Assembly: GCA_964016885.1 (NCBI GenBank)
Contig: OZ024742.1
Span: forward strand, 221,836,001-221,900,000
Direction of reading: 5' to 3'
Source: Eledone cirrhosa
Lineage: Eukaryota
DNA: 64,000 nt
The position numbers and the translations under genes were made by a program. Below the pieces are notes generated by a model. The model worked only from the letters and a program-made list of their open reading frames with translations, did not search any database and was not told where the DNA came from. Shown piece after piece: positions 37,760 to 51,857 of the stretch (position 1 is the stretch's first letter; every line of letters begins with the position of its first letter).

Positions 37760-39120
37760 CACTGGTCAAGAAAATTTTGCTTTTTTCTGATGACCTATGT
37801 TTGAGACCTGTTCTTGAGTAATTTAGGGCCGTTGAGTTTAGAAATGACAATACTTTTTTTTCTATCACAAAGACTTCTGGTTATAACAAGAAAACGCGAC
37901 AGAAAATAAGTTACCCAAATGTGGATTAAGCAATTCGTTCTGCGATTCACTCAGATGAAGTACCAGTACCCGTTTACATAGAATTACCTTCACTGGAAGA
38001 TGATAGTGATATGTGTATCAGATGAAAATCATGAACATAACAATGATACAGACTTTGTAGATACAGCAACCGAGGAACGTGAAAACCTCAACCAGGCAGA
38101 GCTGAACGATTTAGTTAGAGACTTAGGCCTGTCAAAAGAGTTATCAGAACTGTTAGCTTCTAGACTCAAAGAGAAGAATATGCTGCAGAAAGAAACAAAT
38201 GTAACTTTTTATCGGAACAGGTAAAAAATCTCTTGGTATTGTTTAAAACTGAAAAAGATTTTATTTACTGCTGTGACGTGGCAGGACTGTTAAAAGTGAT
38301 GGGTGCTTTACATCACAGTTTCTCAACCCATTTAGGCCAAACGCCCCCTTTTGTCCTTACTGGCTGTCTCAAAGACATACAAATATGGCTTATAAAACTT
38401 ACCAAAGTAAAGAGCCTTCCAGTGCTCTACAATGCTCCAAACGCCCCCCTAACGCCCCCTTGCTCCTCCCATGGAAATCCGAAACGCCCCTCCGGGGGTG
38501 CATATGGCCCCTGTTGAGAACCTTTGCTTTACATTATGATCCTCATGAATGGAAACTCTTTATAGATAGTTCAAAGAAAAGTCCAAAATATTTATTACTC
38601 CATAATGGAAACTTGTTAGGTGCAATTCCTATTGGTCACTTTGTGCACATAAAAGAGAAGTATGAAAACATAAAATAAAACTATTAGATTTACTCAAGTA
38701 TGATTGACACAAATGGCACATATGTGTGGATCTGAAAATGGTCAATTTTTTACTTGGCCAACAAGTGAGTTTATGGGATAGTCGAGCGAAAAACAAACAT
38801 TGGGAACAGAAGCACTGTCCAGTTAGAAAAAAGTTTGACTATTGGGGAGAAGAATATCATACACCAACCAATTGATGGGCGACAGAAAATCATCTTCCCC
38901 CTCTTCATATTAAACTAGGACTAATGAAGTAGTTTGTCAAAGCTCTTAATGTGGAGGGTGACTGTTTCAAATTCATATGTATAACATTTCCTGGCCTAAG
39001 TTATAAGATAAAGGCTGGTATTTTTGACGGGACACAAATCAGAATGTTAATGAAATTCCAAAACTTCTCGAGCTCGATGACTGATGTAGAAAAAAAAGCA
39101 TGGGATTCATTTGTGTCTGT
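37760..39120 (+). mobile_element. Chapaev3-like (CMC superfamily) DNA transposon remnant
   Basis: taa|cactggtcaagaaaa terminus; ELNDLVRDLGLSKE.SELLASRLKEKN, EWKLFIDSSK, CVDLKMVNFLLGQQ, LHIKLGLMK. Confidence 0.75.
38313..38526 (+). mobile_element. hAT-Charlie-type MITE inserted in the Chapaev3 remnant
   Basis: TIR cacagtttctcaac / gttgagaacctttg (12/14); 8-bp TSD ctttacat; partial copy at ~9750-9934. Confidence 0.88.
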
Positions 39121-39279
39121 CACCACTGAATATGAACCTAAAGATTGCGATAGCATGAAAGTACTTCTTCAATTAACAGTTTAATATTCTACCATACTAT
39201 TTCATTATAATATCATTATAATTTTAAAGGATTGTAAATAAAACGAATAAATCAGACAAAGTTGGAATTCCTTTTATTA

Positions 39280-39423
<144 letters not shown>

Positions 39424-39497
39424 CTGTGTGTGTGTGTGTGCGCGCGTGTGAGCGCGTATGCGCGTGTGTGTGTGTAATAAACAACACAATACAATTA

Positions 39498-39569
39498 TTC
39501 CATTTACCGAAGGTTTCTGGAAGACAGGCAAGCTCAACAGAGACGTCTGATTTCGTTCATCAGAAGGAA
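39498..39569 (-). ncRNA. Hammerhead motif with long stem II region and a UUCG-capped stem III
   Basis: minus: ttcctt-CTGATGA-acgaaatcagacg...cgtcttcca-like arm-GAAAC cttcg GTA-aatggaa; same family as 11388 and 36831. Confidence 0.65.
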
Positions 39570-39860
39570 AAATTTAATATGGATATCTAAATATTACATA
39601 TTTAAATAGTTCTGTAGCATACAAAGAGCACTCTCCTTTTCTTTACCCTTTCTACGGAAATACTTCAAATATATATGTATATATATATGTATATAGAGAT
39701 AGATAAATATACACGGGTGTGTATGATTGTGTATAGAAGATTATATTAATAAAAGGAATTCCAACTTTGTCTGATTTACTCTTTTATTAACAATCCTTTA
39801 AAATTTATAATGGTATTAGAATGAAATAGTATGGTAGAATATTAAATGTTAAGTGATAAT

Positions 39861-39899
39861 TGAAAAAGTACTTTCATGCTTTCGCAATCTTCAGGTTCA
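39861..39899 (-). ncRNA. Minimal hammerhead motif (decayed mirror copy at 39132-39171 +)
   Basis: minus: tgaac-CTGAAGA-t tgc gaaa gca t-GAAAGTACTT-tttca. Confidence 0.6.
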
Positions 39900-39937
39900 T
39901 AATGTGTGGTGACAGTCAAGTTTGCAATTTTCAACAC

Positions 39938-39969
<32 letters not shown>

Positions 39970-40017
39970 TTGTGTGTGTGTGTACGTATATATATATATA
40001 AATATATATGTATGTAC

Positions 40018-40048
<31 letters not shown>

Positions 40049-40282
40049 GGAACAAGTAAGACCCCGACGGCTGAGCTCAAGCCGTTTCGACGGCTAATTC
40101 TGGACTGAGTCCAGAATTAGCCGTCGAAACGACTTGAGCTCAGCCGTCGGGGTCTTACTTGTTCCTATTACCCACTCTACTACCCTAAGTATTGAGTACT
40201 TTGGTGCGTTATGGTCCACCTGGTTCCTTACCACATTTCCTTCGTTATATATATATATATATATATACGTACATACACACAC

Positions 40283-40316
<34 letters not shown>

Positions 40317-40330
40317 GTACATACACACAC

Positions 40331-40398
<68 letters not shown>

Positions 40399-40549
40399 GC
40401 ACACACGCACAATCTACATTGTTAAAATTTGGTGAAGAAACCGAATATTAATTAATAGGTTATCTATTAGTCTATAATAAACCTCTGTTCTTATCTGAAA
40501 TGTGTCTTATTTATGCTTTGTGCTTTGTTTATTTATGATGAATCAATAG

Positions 40550-40679
40550 GTGTTACGTGGAAGTCAGAAATGTGGTCGTATTGACCATGGAGTAGTTTCT
40601 GGTCAGATTGGTATTGATCTGGAACGGCTGAAACATGTCATGAACAAGTACGAACTCATTCACGCCGAGCTGGAACCAG
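40550..40679 (+). CDS. PhyH-family dioxygenase exon F
   Basis: caatag|GTG...CCAG|gttagt; VLRGSQKCGRIDHGVVSGQIGIDLERLKHVMNKYELIHAELEP(G); phase 0 to 1. Confidence 0.92.
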
Positions 40680-40703
40680 GTTAGTGTTGTTTCATATATA
40701 TTC

Positions 40704-40734
<31 letters not shown>

Positions 40735-41439
40735 TATATATATACATGTATATATATATACACATATTTATTTATAAACACACAAAAACATACATATATA
40801 CATGGTGGCTGCCAACTCGTTTTCGAGTATGGCCACTACTTTATATCCATGTAGGAGAACCCCTACCGATGCGCTGAACGAGTGTGACTTTTTAGTCCAG
40901 CCAGCGACTTGAAAACTCTGGCACAAACACTACACTCGTGACAATTACTGACACATAGTGCTGGACCCATGGTACCATGTGACGACAAGTGCAGAGAGAT
41001 CTCCAGATATAAAGCAATGCCTGTGCCGTGAAGCTTTTATAGTGAGCAAAGGCACTGCACAAAGCCAGTCCCACTCTCTTAACCAAGATGATATTTACCA
41101 AAAAGAACATATATGCATACATATATACATACATACATAAACATCGAAGATGTCACCTACATCATCAGCAGCTTTTCAAAGATGTCATGACGATACTATT
41201 TACACATGAGGTGTGATGTAGTGATCAAAACACTATACGATGCAATCATTAGAAAGAATAGGCCTGAGGATAGAATTATAGGAAAGCTACAGCAATGTGG
41301 GGGGCATATACATATATAATATGAAAGAGCACATAACAGACCAGACAAAGTGATGTGGAGTAGAGAATAGAAGGTATCAGCTGCCCAGTAGATGTTAATG
41401 TAGTGTTAAAGAATAGTAAAATGAAGAGTATTTATTTGA

Positions 41440-42236
41440 AACTAGCAGTGGTACCCGGCGTTGCACGGGATAAGGTATTTTGGAAGGCGGGCCGCTAACA
41501 GACATAATCGTGGAAAAACTGCATGCCTGGACAATATGTAAAGAATATTATCCGAATAATCTGATGGCTGGATGATCTTTAAGATTTTCCTCGATGAAGC
41601 AGGAAAAATGCAGGTTTTCACCTAATGCGGGCCCTAGGGGGATAAAGAAAATGAATTTTTTTAATGTGCATAATATGCCTTGAAATTTCGGGAAAATCAG
41701 CTAGACGTAACGCCTCAAAAAACCCCTAAAAATCTGAAAAAATGAAGTTTTTCACCCAATAATACACATGTAAAGTTTGAAAAAAATCGGTTGGGTACTT
41801 CTCGAGTTTTAGGGATTCAAACTCACAGACACACACACACACACATACAGACATCCTCAGGGAAGTGACGTAATGCAGACAGCCAGACATACAGACAGAT
41901 ATTATTAGGGGTAGATAAAATAAAGTACCAGTAATGCACTGGGTAATTGCTGGCCTTGTGCCTAAAGTAGAAACAATTATTAGGGCGCGACGTTATATGT
42001 ATGTATCTATCTAAAAAGAGAAAGATTAAAGAATTATAGAGACAGATCGCTAAATCGCCTAATGCGGTCCCTAGGGCATTGAAAATTTGAAATTTTCTTT
42101 GCTCAGAACACTCCCTGAAACATAAGTATTACATGTGTAAAGTTTGAAAAGAGTCGGTTGGGTGTTTCTTGAATTTTAGGGATTCAAACTCACACACATG
42201 CACCCACAGACAGACATCCTCAGTTTTATATATATA
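41440..42236 (+). mobile_element. Helitron-type non-autonomous element with a nested SINE fragment (~41908-41980)
   Basis: Same termini as the 24681 copy. Confidence 0.6.
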
Positions 42237-43509
42237 GACAAGGCCAGCAATTACCCAGTACATTACTGGTACTTTATTTTATCGACCCCGTGAGGATGAA
42301 AGGCAAAGTTAACCTCGGCGGTATTTGAACTCAGACCGTAAAGGGACGTAACTCCATGCTATGAAGCATGGTGTCCGACTCTCTACAGATTCTGCCAATC
42401 CACCGCCCTAATATCTGTACGTAATGAGGGAGTGAGAGGGGAAAGAAAGAAAGGCAGAGGTGAAGTGACGAAGTGACTCTCTCCTCCTCCTCCATCTCCC
42501 CATTCGTCACAGCGATAGAGGGGAGGAATGTTAGTGTGTTACAAAGAGAAAGAGTGAGAGTGAGAGAAACAGACAGACTAAAAGAGAGGGATAGCTGGAG
42601 AGAGAGAGAGAGATAGCAACAGACACAGTAGAGTAGCTAAGGGATGTATATATATTTCTGTGTGTATATATATATATACATTTCTGTGTGTGTTATATAT
42701 ATATACACACAGAAATATATATACATTTCTGTGTGTGTATATATATATATATATATTCGTATACATGCATACATACATGTGTGTGTATGTGTGTGTGTTG
42801 TGTGTGTGTTGTGTGTGTGTGTGTGTGTGTGTGTAATTAAGTATATATGCACTACTTAAAAGTTCTTAGATTAAATTTATATAAACACTTTAAAATTAAC
42901 ATCTTAGTATTTTGAAACTAGGGGCGCTTTCGGACTGTTTGATATAAAAAGATTTAATGTTATGGTTTCCATATTTCTAATGAAAGACACTGGTTTCAGG
43001 CAGTTTCGTATCAAATGAATTAAAGTGTTCATTATTAATGATTTCACTATCTTTTCTATCTATCTCATGTTAGCCATATCAACCCATCCGGTGTCAATAG
43101 ACAATAATTTACTAACTTCAATCATATATACTCTTCTCATAGCAACATCTCTGCTCAATCATCCGATATACTGTAAAATAGCGTTCCCCCATTTCCTCTC
43201 GTTAAAACTCATTCACATACTTCTATTCTCCTATCTCATTTTCTCTGTCCCTGTCACTCACCCCTCTCTGTCTCACTAATGAGCAGTCACTTCGAGTCAC
43301 ACATCAAAAGAATGTAAAATAGTACATGTAATTCGTTAAACATACTCTGTTCTTTTCAGTCAAATTTCCGCCCAATTATATCTTAACTACTATTTATTAG
43401 CATAAATGTAAAATTAATATGTAATGTGTAAACTGTCTGACGTTGGCAAACTTGTTAGGAAAACTATCCTCCACCGTACCCCCCCCCCACATATATATAT
43501 ATACACACA

Positions 43510-43553
<44 letters not shown>

Positions 43554-44559
43554 TTCACCATTATACTCATATATATATTCACCATTTCACACACACATAT
43601 TATTCACAATCTCACACTTATATATTCACCCGCAAATACACACATGTATTCACCAGTTCGACGGTCAGTTGATCAAATGAAAGAAAACTCATGGTCGATA
43701 CCAAAGAAGGATCTATTACACTGGGGATCATTTTCGAAAATATTTTTAGTTGTTTTCCGTTTTACAGTTGTTTCTACAAAATGGTGTTTCTACGGTGGTG
43801 TGGAAATGCCCTCAGAAATTTTCTATCACGTCAAATATTTTTGTTAAGACTTCAATGCACATATTAGCACTGACACCACACCTGGAAAGGAGTGATTGGA
43901 AGGAATGAGGATCCCGATCTAAATATGAATGGCGAGGCCTTATTAGATTTCTGTTCTAGCAATGGACTCTCTATTATGAATAGCAAAAAAAGTCAATTTC
44001 GCCATTAAATGCAATACTGAAATAAGAAACTAATACAAATCAAATAGTACTTTTCATTGTTTAACAATATATTTATTTCAGTATTGCATTTAATTTCGGT
44101 AGAGCTGTTCTACAAGAGAACGAGTCGTAGGTGGTGGATAGCCATACAGCCACCAGATATGATGGTTATTTGCTATATAAGCAGACACCTGCTGGACGAA
44201 TAAGCAATCCCGGATCAACAGCGGTGAACTACAAGGGGAGATGGAGCAATGGGTGACATCTGTAGTTCCCAAGAGAACTCTCACAACCCAGTGGTGTATC
44301 TACGACTAGGCGAGTAAAGGCCGCTTCTAAAAGAGCCTTGTCTTCGCAAGTTTGACAGAGCACTAGATTGGTGACTAGTGCGAATAAGACCACCAACACT
44401 GCAATATGGTGAGAAGTAACAAAAAGAATCATACCGCATTGTCCTTTGCGCAGGTTAACAAGGGACGCGTTCAGGCATTAGGTAAATAGGCCTGTTCGAA
44501 AAAATATATTGTAGTCTCCATTTCATGCTGTAAAAACTGGCAATGGGCCTGTTCTGGAG

Positions 44560-45215
44560 GTGTGAGATGGACGCACAAATATTGCATATCCCGAGACCCC
44601 AAAGAGGGTTCGGGAGAGAGCAAACCATGACAATTGTAACTTGGAACATTACAACTCTTACAGGTAAGAAGCAGGAGCTAGTGGAGGAGACTAGATGTTA
44701 CTGGCTAGATATAGTCGGGGTTTCGTCGAAAAAGTTCCATGGATTTGACACTGTAGATTTGGATGGAGAATGGAAACTCCAAAATTCAGGTGTATCACCA
44801 AAAATTACTACACAGTTGGGTGTGGGGATACTCATAAACCCCTGGCTGTCAGAATGTGCTATGGACTGAATCCCATTAGGAGGGAGGATTTGCCTCTTGA
44901 AACTTAGGCTGAAAGATAGGTCTCTGTGGGTGGTGCAAATTCATGCACCAAAGAAGGAGTCTGAATACAGATCCTTCATTGAGGATTCTGTGCTGCATGT
45001 TTCTGTTAAGAGAAGGGCTGAGCCGTCAACTGATCCCCATTTGATTATCTGCAACTTGAGACTACCTAAAGCCAAAGAAGCCCACAAAACTAGCAGGTCC
45101 AGATCGATATACAAAATAAAGTGGGAAGCGTTCGTGGATAAGGAAGTCAAAACCAGGTATGCAGATACTATTGCATCCAAACTCAGAGAACTCCCTGAGC
45201 AAACGGAGACGATTC
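44560..45215 (+). mobile_element. RTE (Expander/Rex3-like) LINE APE endonuclease remnant; further piece at ~43845-43983
   Basis: TWNITTLTGKKQELVEE..LDIVGVSS..SGV..GVGIL; DFNAH..GVIGRN..NG..LLDFC..NGL.I.N; STDPHL. Confidence 0.8.
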
Positions 45216-45229
45216 AGCTATTCAGCTGT

Positions 45230-46097
45230 TAAGTGCATTTGGCAAAAGCGGCTTGGTCTTTCCACGTCTTTCGTATCCAATGGACACTTTTTGCTCGACT
45301 GTCCCAAATACACAAAAATCAAGGATATGTGGTATAACCATCTTGTAAACCAAAAAGGGAATCCAATGACTTTTAAGTCCCCGTTGTGCTCCTCACACCG
45401 CATCTTTTCAAGCACTATGTTTATACAGTCGTAGATTTCTTTCAAAGTTACTTACAGAACGACAAAGTCCCCTTGATCCATGTGACCTCACAATTACAAC
45501 ATTAAGAGCGCAATCAAAATAACAATTTTCGTAGCAAATAGTTAAAAGTTCAACAAAACATATCTCCCATATGGTTTACAGAGATAGTTACACTAAATCA
45601 AGCACAGCGTAGGCATATTTGTAAACAAATACAGTGAATTCCCCAAATATAAAACATGTATGATGTCAATGACCTCTAAAATATATTGTTTATTTATATA
45701 TAATTGTATAAAAGACATTTCTGTCATCATCATGTCATTTAAAACTAGTTAGATTGAAAACAGTGAAAGCTGCTTTAAGTTTGATGTTTTTTTTATTTAC
45801 TGAAGATATTTAAATCATGACTTGGTTTCACTTTTGTAGTTGCATTTACTTTAAATGACATTGAGAAACTATGTTTTCAAACTTATTTCAAGCTCCACAT
45901 ATAGGTCTACATTTTACGAAACCGAAAATCTCCATAGAAATGGTGACTATGCCGGAAATGTTGAAAATTGGACATTTGAGTTTGTGAAATATCTTGACGT
46001 CACAGAACAAAATTGAATTCATTTTTGAAACCAGCACCTCAAAATTACCAGGAAACTTGTCTCCAACACTAAACAGCAAAGAACATGTTCCCTAGTG
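45230..46097 (-). mobile_element. Chapaev3-like element, internally deleted
   Basis: Minus terminus taa|cactagggaaca; KEIYD..VLEK..GDLKVIG..GLQDGYT..WDSRA. Confidence 0.65.
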
Positions 46098-46388
46098 TTA
46101 TTTAAAATGACTGCGATTTTCTTCATTATGGCAATTCTAGTTAATAGATGACAATTCCATACAAACATTACAACCTATTTTAAATCAGGGGTCCATAAAG
46201 AGGTTTATATCGACTACTAGGTATTGATAGGACTACCCAGGGGCCTGAGTGAACTTTTGGGCTCAAAACTGGTATTTGAATAATAAATAAAAATAATAAA
46301 ATAATGCAATAAAATATAAGTCACGTATACAGGTTTATACATACACATATGCATGCATACATACACACATATACATTCACACACACGC

Positions 46389-46445
<57 letters not shown>

Positions 46446-47869
46446 AAAGTTCTATTTATGGGATACAACAAGCAAATATTTTTATAACTGATATAACAAA
46501 TATTTGGAGTAAAAATACGATATTAACAAATGGAAACTATATTTATAAAACCATATTTATTTCATTATGCATATTTCAAGGACACCAAGTTAAATTATGG
46601 TGTGCTTTCATCAGATAAAATATAATATAGATCAGTTTTATAAATAAATATTGACATACCCTTAAAGAATGCAACCAAGCTCCTGGATAGTGGAGTTGTA
46701 GCTTTAATTATATTATTAGTATTGGATATTTTTATTTTTAAAATAAGCCGTTGGGTTACGGAGAAAGAGAAAGATAGGAACACATTATGGTTCGCTCCTC
46801 CTTTCTCATTTCTCCTTTCTCCTTTCTCATTAAATATTAAAACCCCTATTGCTAAACTATTTTTTAAAGCTCTTGACAAATGCTTCCCTAGAACACATAG
46901 ATATTACTCAATTTTTAATAGACATACTATAAAATTAACTTATTCTTCCACCAAAAATTTAGCGCAAAATATTAATAGAATTAATAATAGAAATTTAAAA
47001 CCTAACCAAAATACCACTAATAACCCAAGCAATATCCAATTTGATAAATGTAACTGTAGAAATAAATCTAACTGTCCGTTAAATAACAATTGCTTAGCTA
47101 AAAATATAGTATATAATTGTAATGTAAAAACTAATTTAAATTCATATAATTATGTGGATCCACTTCCACAGAGTTTAAATCCCGCTTCAATAATCATAAA
47201 CATTCTTTTACAGATCCAAACAAAAAATCTTCAACTTCTCTATCTAGCCTATTATGGGACCTAAAACTAAAGAACGTTGAATATTCGTTGATTTGGTATA
47301 TTATTTCAAAAGCTACTCCTTTTAACTCCTCTTCAGAAAATTGTGATCTTTGTATAGAGGAAATATTCTTTATATTAAAGACCAAAAATTCCCTGAACTT
47401 AAGAAATAATTTATTCAGTTGCTGCATACATAGATTAAACTCAACGTTTAAATATAAATATAAATTTAAAATGTAATATATAATTAATTAATTAATTTTA
47501 TTAATATATTGAACCTGTCGATAAATCATTAGATTCCTTCATCTTTTTATACACTCAAGTAAAAATAACTTTTCTTCCTAAATATAAATAAATATAATAA
47601 ACTATTCTAGAGAAATATATTGAGAGCTCTTGAAAGGAGAAAATATTTCTTATATATATATATATATATATATTAGGTATAGGATTATCCAAGATGTAGT
47701 AATGGTTGATTACTACACTGGATATGGTTGACGTACGGTAAGAGGTTACTCTACGAGTTATGGAAGAAATTGTTCAAGAAACTTAGTTCCTGATCCTTCA
47801 GTATTCCGGAGTGTATATAAAGAATGAATAATAACAGGTAGACATCATAAAAAGGTAATTTATTCCGTG

Positions 47870-47981
47870 TGCTTACAAGTGTTTCCACGGTGGTACTGCA
47901 GCCTAGTTACGCTACGTGCAAATTCACAGGTACTTGCAGAACTCGAATATCCAATGCTGTGACCACTGTTTCCTCAGAGCA
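47870..47981 (-). ncRNA. Hammerhead motif with 85-nt stem II domain, left arm
   Basis: Reverse complement of 48073-48184 (one substitution). Confidence 0.65.
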
Positions 47982-48072
47982 GAATTCTGCTCTGAGGAAA
48001 CAGTGGTCACAGCATTGGATATTCGAGTTATGCAAGTACCTGTGAATTTGCACGTAGCGTAACTAGGCTGTC

Positions 48073-48184
48073 TGCTCTGAGGAAACAGTGGTCACAGCAT
48101 TGGATATTCGAGTTCTGCAAGTACCTGTGAATTTGCACGTAGCGCAACTAGGCTGCAGTACCACCGTGGAAACACTTGTAAGCA
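48073..48184 (+). ncRNA. Hammerhead motif with 85-nt stem II domain, right arm
   Basis: tgct-CTGAGGA-aacagtggt...accaccgtg-GAAAC actt GTA-agca. Confidence 0.65.
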
Positions 48185-48231
48185 CACGGAATAAATTACC
48201 TTTTTATGATGTCTACCTGTTATTATTCATT

Positions 48232-48273
<42 letters not shown>

Positions 48274-49353
48274 TATTGTTTGATAGCTGCTCCTATTTTC
48301 GAAAGTTTATCCTTTCAAAGTTTAAATTAAATATACGTAGAAAATTTCTATACTAAATATATTAAACATACTATTATTTTGAAATTATAACTTAAAATAT
48401 TCTATAATATTTTAAAATTATATTGGTTTTAAAGTTATATTGCTTATAATTATATTTTAAAATTGTAATATAATTCTTTTGTATTTTATGTACTCAATTA
48501 TACTATGTACTGTATTTATATATACTTCTCTCTATATGTGTGTATGTATGTATATGTGTGTATATGTACATATATTTTATGCGTGTATATCTATCTGTAT
48601 GTATATGTATACGTGATGCGTATCTACCTATTTGTTGAGGGTACACACATATATGTATGTATATGTGGGAATTGTGTATGTACATGTGCGTGTGTATCCA
48701 TACAATTCGATTGCACTTATGTATAGTGATTATCCCAAGATTCGTGACAGATAGACATATAATAACAGCCATCAATACATAACAGGTAATCTTATAAAAC
48801 TTATATAAAAAAATTTTGTTTAATAACATAAAGTGTGTATAACATAAAATTTCCTTTAATATCTTAACAATTATAACATTTTATAAGATTCCTATATCTT
48901 AAATTAAATTAAAGAATCCTTTATGTTTTGTGTGTATATATTATATACGTAATTAGATATGTATATGTATTTTATAAGTGTGTATATATATTTATATGTA
49001 TGTATTTTTGCGTGTGTATACGTGTTATATAATATATAGATCATTAATAATATATGGATTTCTTAATATATAGATCCCAATTTTTTAATATATTGATCTC
49101 AATATTTAAATGATTAACTAAACATCTAATCATATTTAAACAATGGTTAAATTTCTCATATTATATATGTATATTCCATTTATGATTATTAAAATTTCTA
49201 ATTTTATTTATTCATTTCATCTCAATTGTTAAGTTAACTCAACAAGATATGACTTAGAGTTTTTCGTTCTCTTCCCTTTTTCTCTGTCTCCTCTTTCTCT
49301 CTCTGTTGTTTCTGGTCTCTCTCTTTCTCTCTCTCTCTCCCTCTCTCTCTCCC

Positions 49354-49396
<43 letters not shown>

Positions 49397-49760
49397 CTCT
49401 TTCTTTCTCTCTCCTTCTCTATCTTTCTCTTTCTCCGTAACCCAACGGCTTATTTTAAAAATAAAAATATCCAATACTAATAATATAATTAAAGCTACAA
49501 CTCCACTATCCGGGAGCTTCCAACAGCAATGGTTGCATTCTTTAAGGGTATGTCAATATTTATTTATAAAACTTATCTATATTATATTTTATCTGATGAA
49601 AGCACACCATAATTTAACTTGGTATCCTTGAAATTTATCTTTATTACTATATATATATATATATATATATTGGATCGTCAAGTATGAAATTTGTAGTAAA
49701 ACATATGGCCATATGCCTCACTACAAATTTCATACTTGACGATCCAATATATATATATAT

Positions 49761-51857
49761 CAATGATATTAATAAATGGAAACTATATTTATAAAACCAT
49801 ATTTATTTTATTATATACATTTCAAGGGTACCAAAAACTTTGGTACGCCCTCATCAGATAAAATACAAAATTTGTTTTAAAATAGTGACATACCCCAGAA
49901 ACCAGACCTTATCGGTTCAGGTTCCGTTTGGATAGTGAAAGGAAATAAGAAAAAAGATTTCAAATCTTTAGGATGGATATGTAAATGAAGTAGAAGCGTA
50001 GACTGAAAAAGTCGTTATATTTAGACGCTAGGTAAATTTAAATAATTATTAGGATACTTTATAAAGGAAGAAGAAAGAAGAAAGAGAGGCTAATATTAAT
50101 ATTATTATGTAAGTAAATTTAAAAATTAAAAATATATGACCATATCATGAGTTATAATATTATATAGATAATCCTTATAATTGGATTTTATGAAGTAAGG
50201 TTGTACATACACTTAAGCTTATTATATTACAACAGGTCAATTATATAAATATTTATTTAAATAAATAAAAATATAAATATTATTGGTGATTATATATGTC
50301 GTTATTTTAAATAGATAAATAATTCTAATATTACTATATAATTTAAGGGTTACGAAAGATATTGTGTTTACATTTCAATATATCGTTAAGAAAAAGATGT
50401 AGTTCAAATTTTATTAGAGAAGAACTTTTTGTACTTTCACATAGTTCCATCAAGAAAATTATTAAGTTAACGAAATTATCGAGAATTTAGTATTTGTGTT
50501 GCGTGCTACATTATAAAGGAAAAGATAACTCCAATGTTTCTTAGTTACACTATTTACGTTAGATTTGTCATATATTTTAGAATTTACTTTAAAAAAAAAC
50601 GGAATGTATGTAGAACATTTTTTATATATTATTTTGTGTATGATTATAAGGTATTTTATATTACTTGTTTTCAAAGATGAGAATTTCTTTTATATATGTA
50701 TTTAGATATTATTTATATATTCAATAGGAAGAAAATATTATTACAGATACCATGAGTGTATTTAGAAACTATCACAAAAAGGATATATTTCAAAATATCA
50801 ATTTAAAAATATCAATTAAAAAACATTAAGAAGAATATCAATTGGAAAGAAATATCATTTGTAAAAATAATTTGTAAAAATATTACATAAAAAGAAAAAT
50901 ATCATTTAAAAATCACCATTAAACATCGAAAGAAGCATAGTGAAGACATATAAAATGTGAACAAGTGAAATATATACTATAGATTAAAAATACTTCAGGA
51001 AGTCATTTTTTGGCGATGTCTGCAGGAACTGAATATTTCTTTCTTTAATTTGATAGAGTTTTGGCAGGTAAGTATATAAAAAATTTCTTCAATACACAAA
51101 TGACAGATTCTTGAAAGAGCCATATTTCGGTATGCGGGTGCTTTCGAAATCCTACGTCCCTTTACAGACTGAGTTCAAATCCCGCCGAGGTTAACTTTGC
51201 CTTTCATCCTTTCGGGTCGATAAAATAAAGTACCAGTAATGTACTGGGTAATTGCTGGCCTTGTGCCAAAAGTAGAAACAATTATTGTCTATTAAGTACC
51301 AAATTAGATGTGAAAGTAATGTAGAAAATTTTTTATCGGATCTATTAAATGTATGTTTAGGATTATACGCGCGTTCTTTAAATTTTGTAGAAGTGGCTCC
51401 TATATAGTTATATATTTTATCTCTAGTTTTTACTGTGCATTTGTATACTAAGTTTTTATCTAGGGAATTATTCTGTAAAGGGCAGTTTGATTCATTTCTA
51501 CAGTTACATTTTCGAGAGTTAATGTTACTGTTATTAGTAGTATTAATAGTGTTATTAGTAATATTAATATTGTTATCGTGGTTTATTTGGTTTAGATTTA
51601 AATTTAAGTTTCTATTATTAATTCTATTTATATTTTGTGCTATGTTCATAGTAGTAGAGTAAGATAGTTTTATAGTATGTCTGTTAAAAATAGTTTTTGG
51701 TACCCTTGAAATATATATAATAAAATAAATATGGTTTTATAAATATAAGTTTCCATTTATAATATCATTGATATTATACTCCAGAAACTGTTGAGTGCTT
51801 CAAATCTGTTATAAATAAATTTGTTGAATTACCAACAAATTAAATATCTCTTTGCTT
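49761..51857 (-). mobile_element. 5'-truncated Naiad-type PLE 2: ORF remnant 50977-51692, SINE at 51153-51286, inverted pLTR piece 51693-51857
   Basis: IFNRHTIKLSYS..CNCRNESNCPL..VYKC..YIGATS..CHLCIEE; HHR-like motif at 49811-49861 (-). Confidence 0.85.

Larger units (their letters stand above)
46444..49648 (+). mobile_element. 5'-truncated Naiad-type Penelope-like element 1: inverted pLTR 46444-46777, ORF remnant 46776-47476, long 3' UTR, pLTR 49419-49648
   Basis: WFAPPFS..IFNRHTIKLTYS..CNCRNKSNCPL..C; GIY-YIG (VY..YV-GST..FK.RF..H); CDLC.EE; HHR-like ctgatga..gaaa at 46565-46618 (-) and 49589-49640 (+); both ends in (TA)n. Confidence 0.85.

Noticed and set aside
44004-44094. 22-bp inverted repeat as a functional RNA
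   Set aside because: AT-rich, no motif; most likely a tiny MITE remnant
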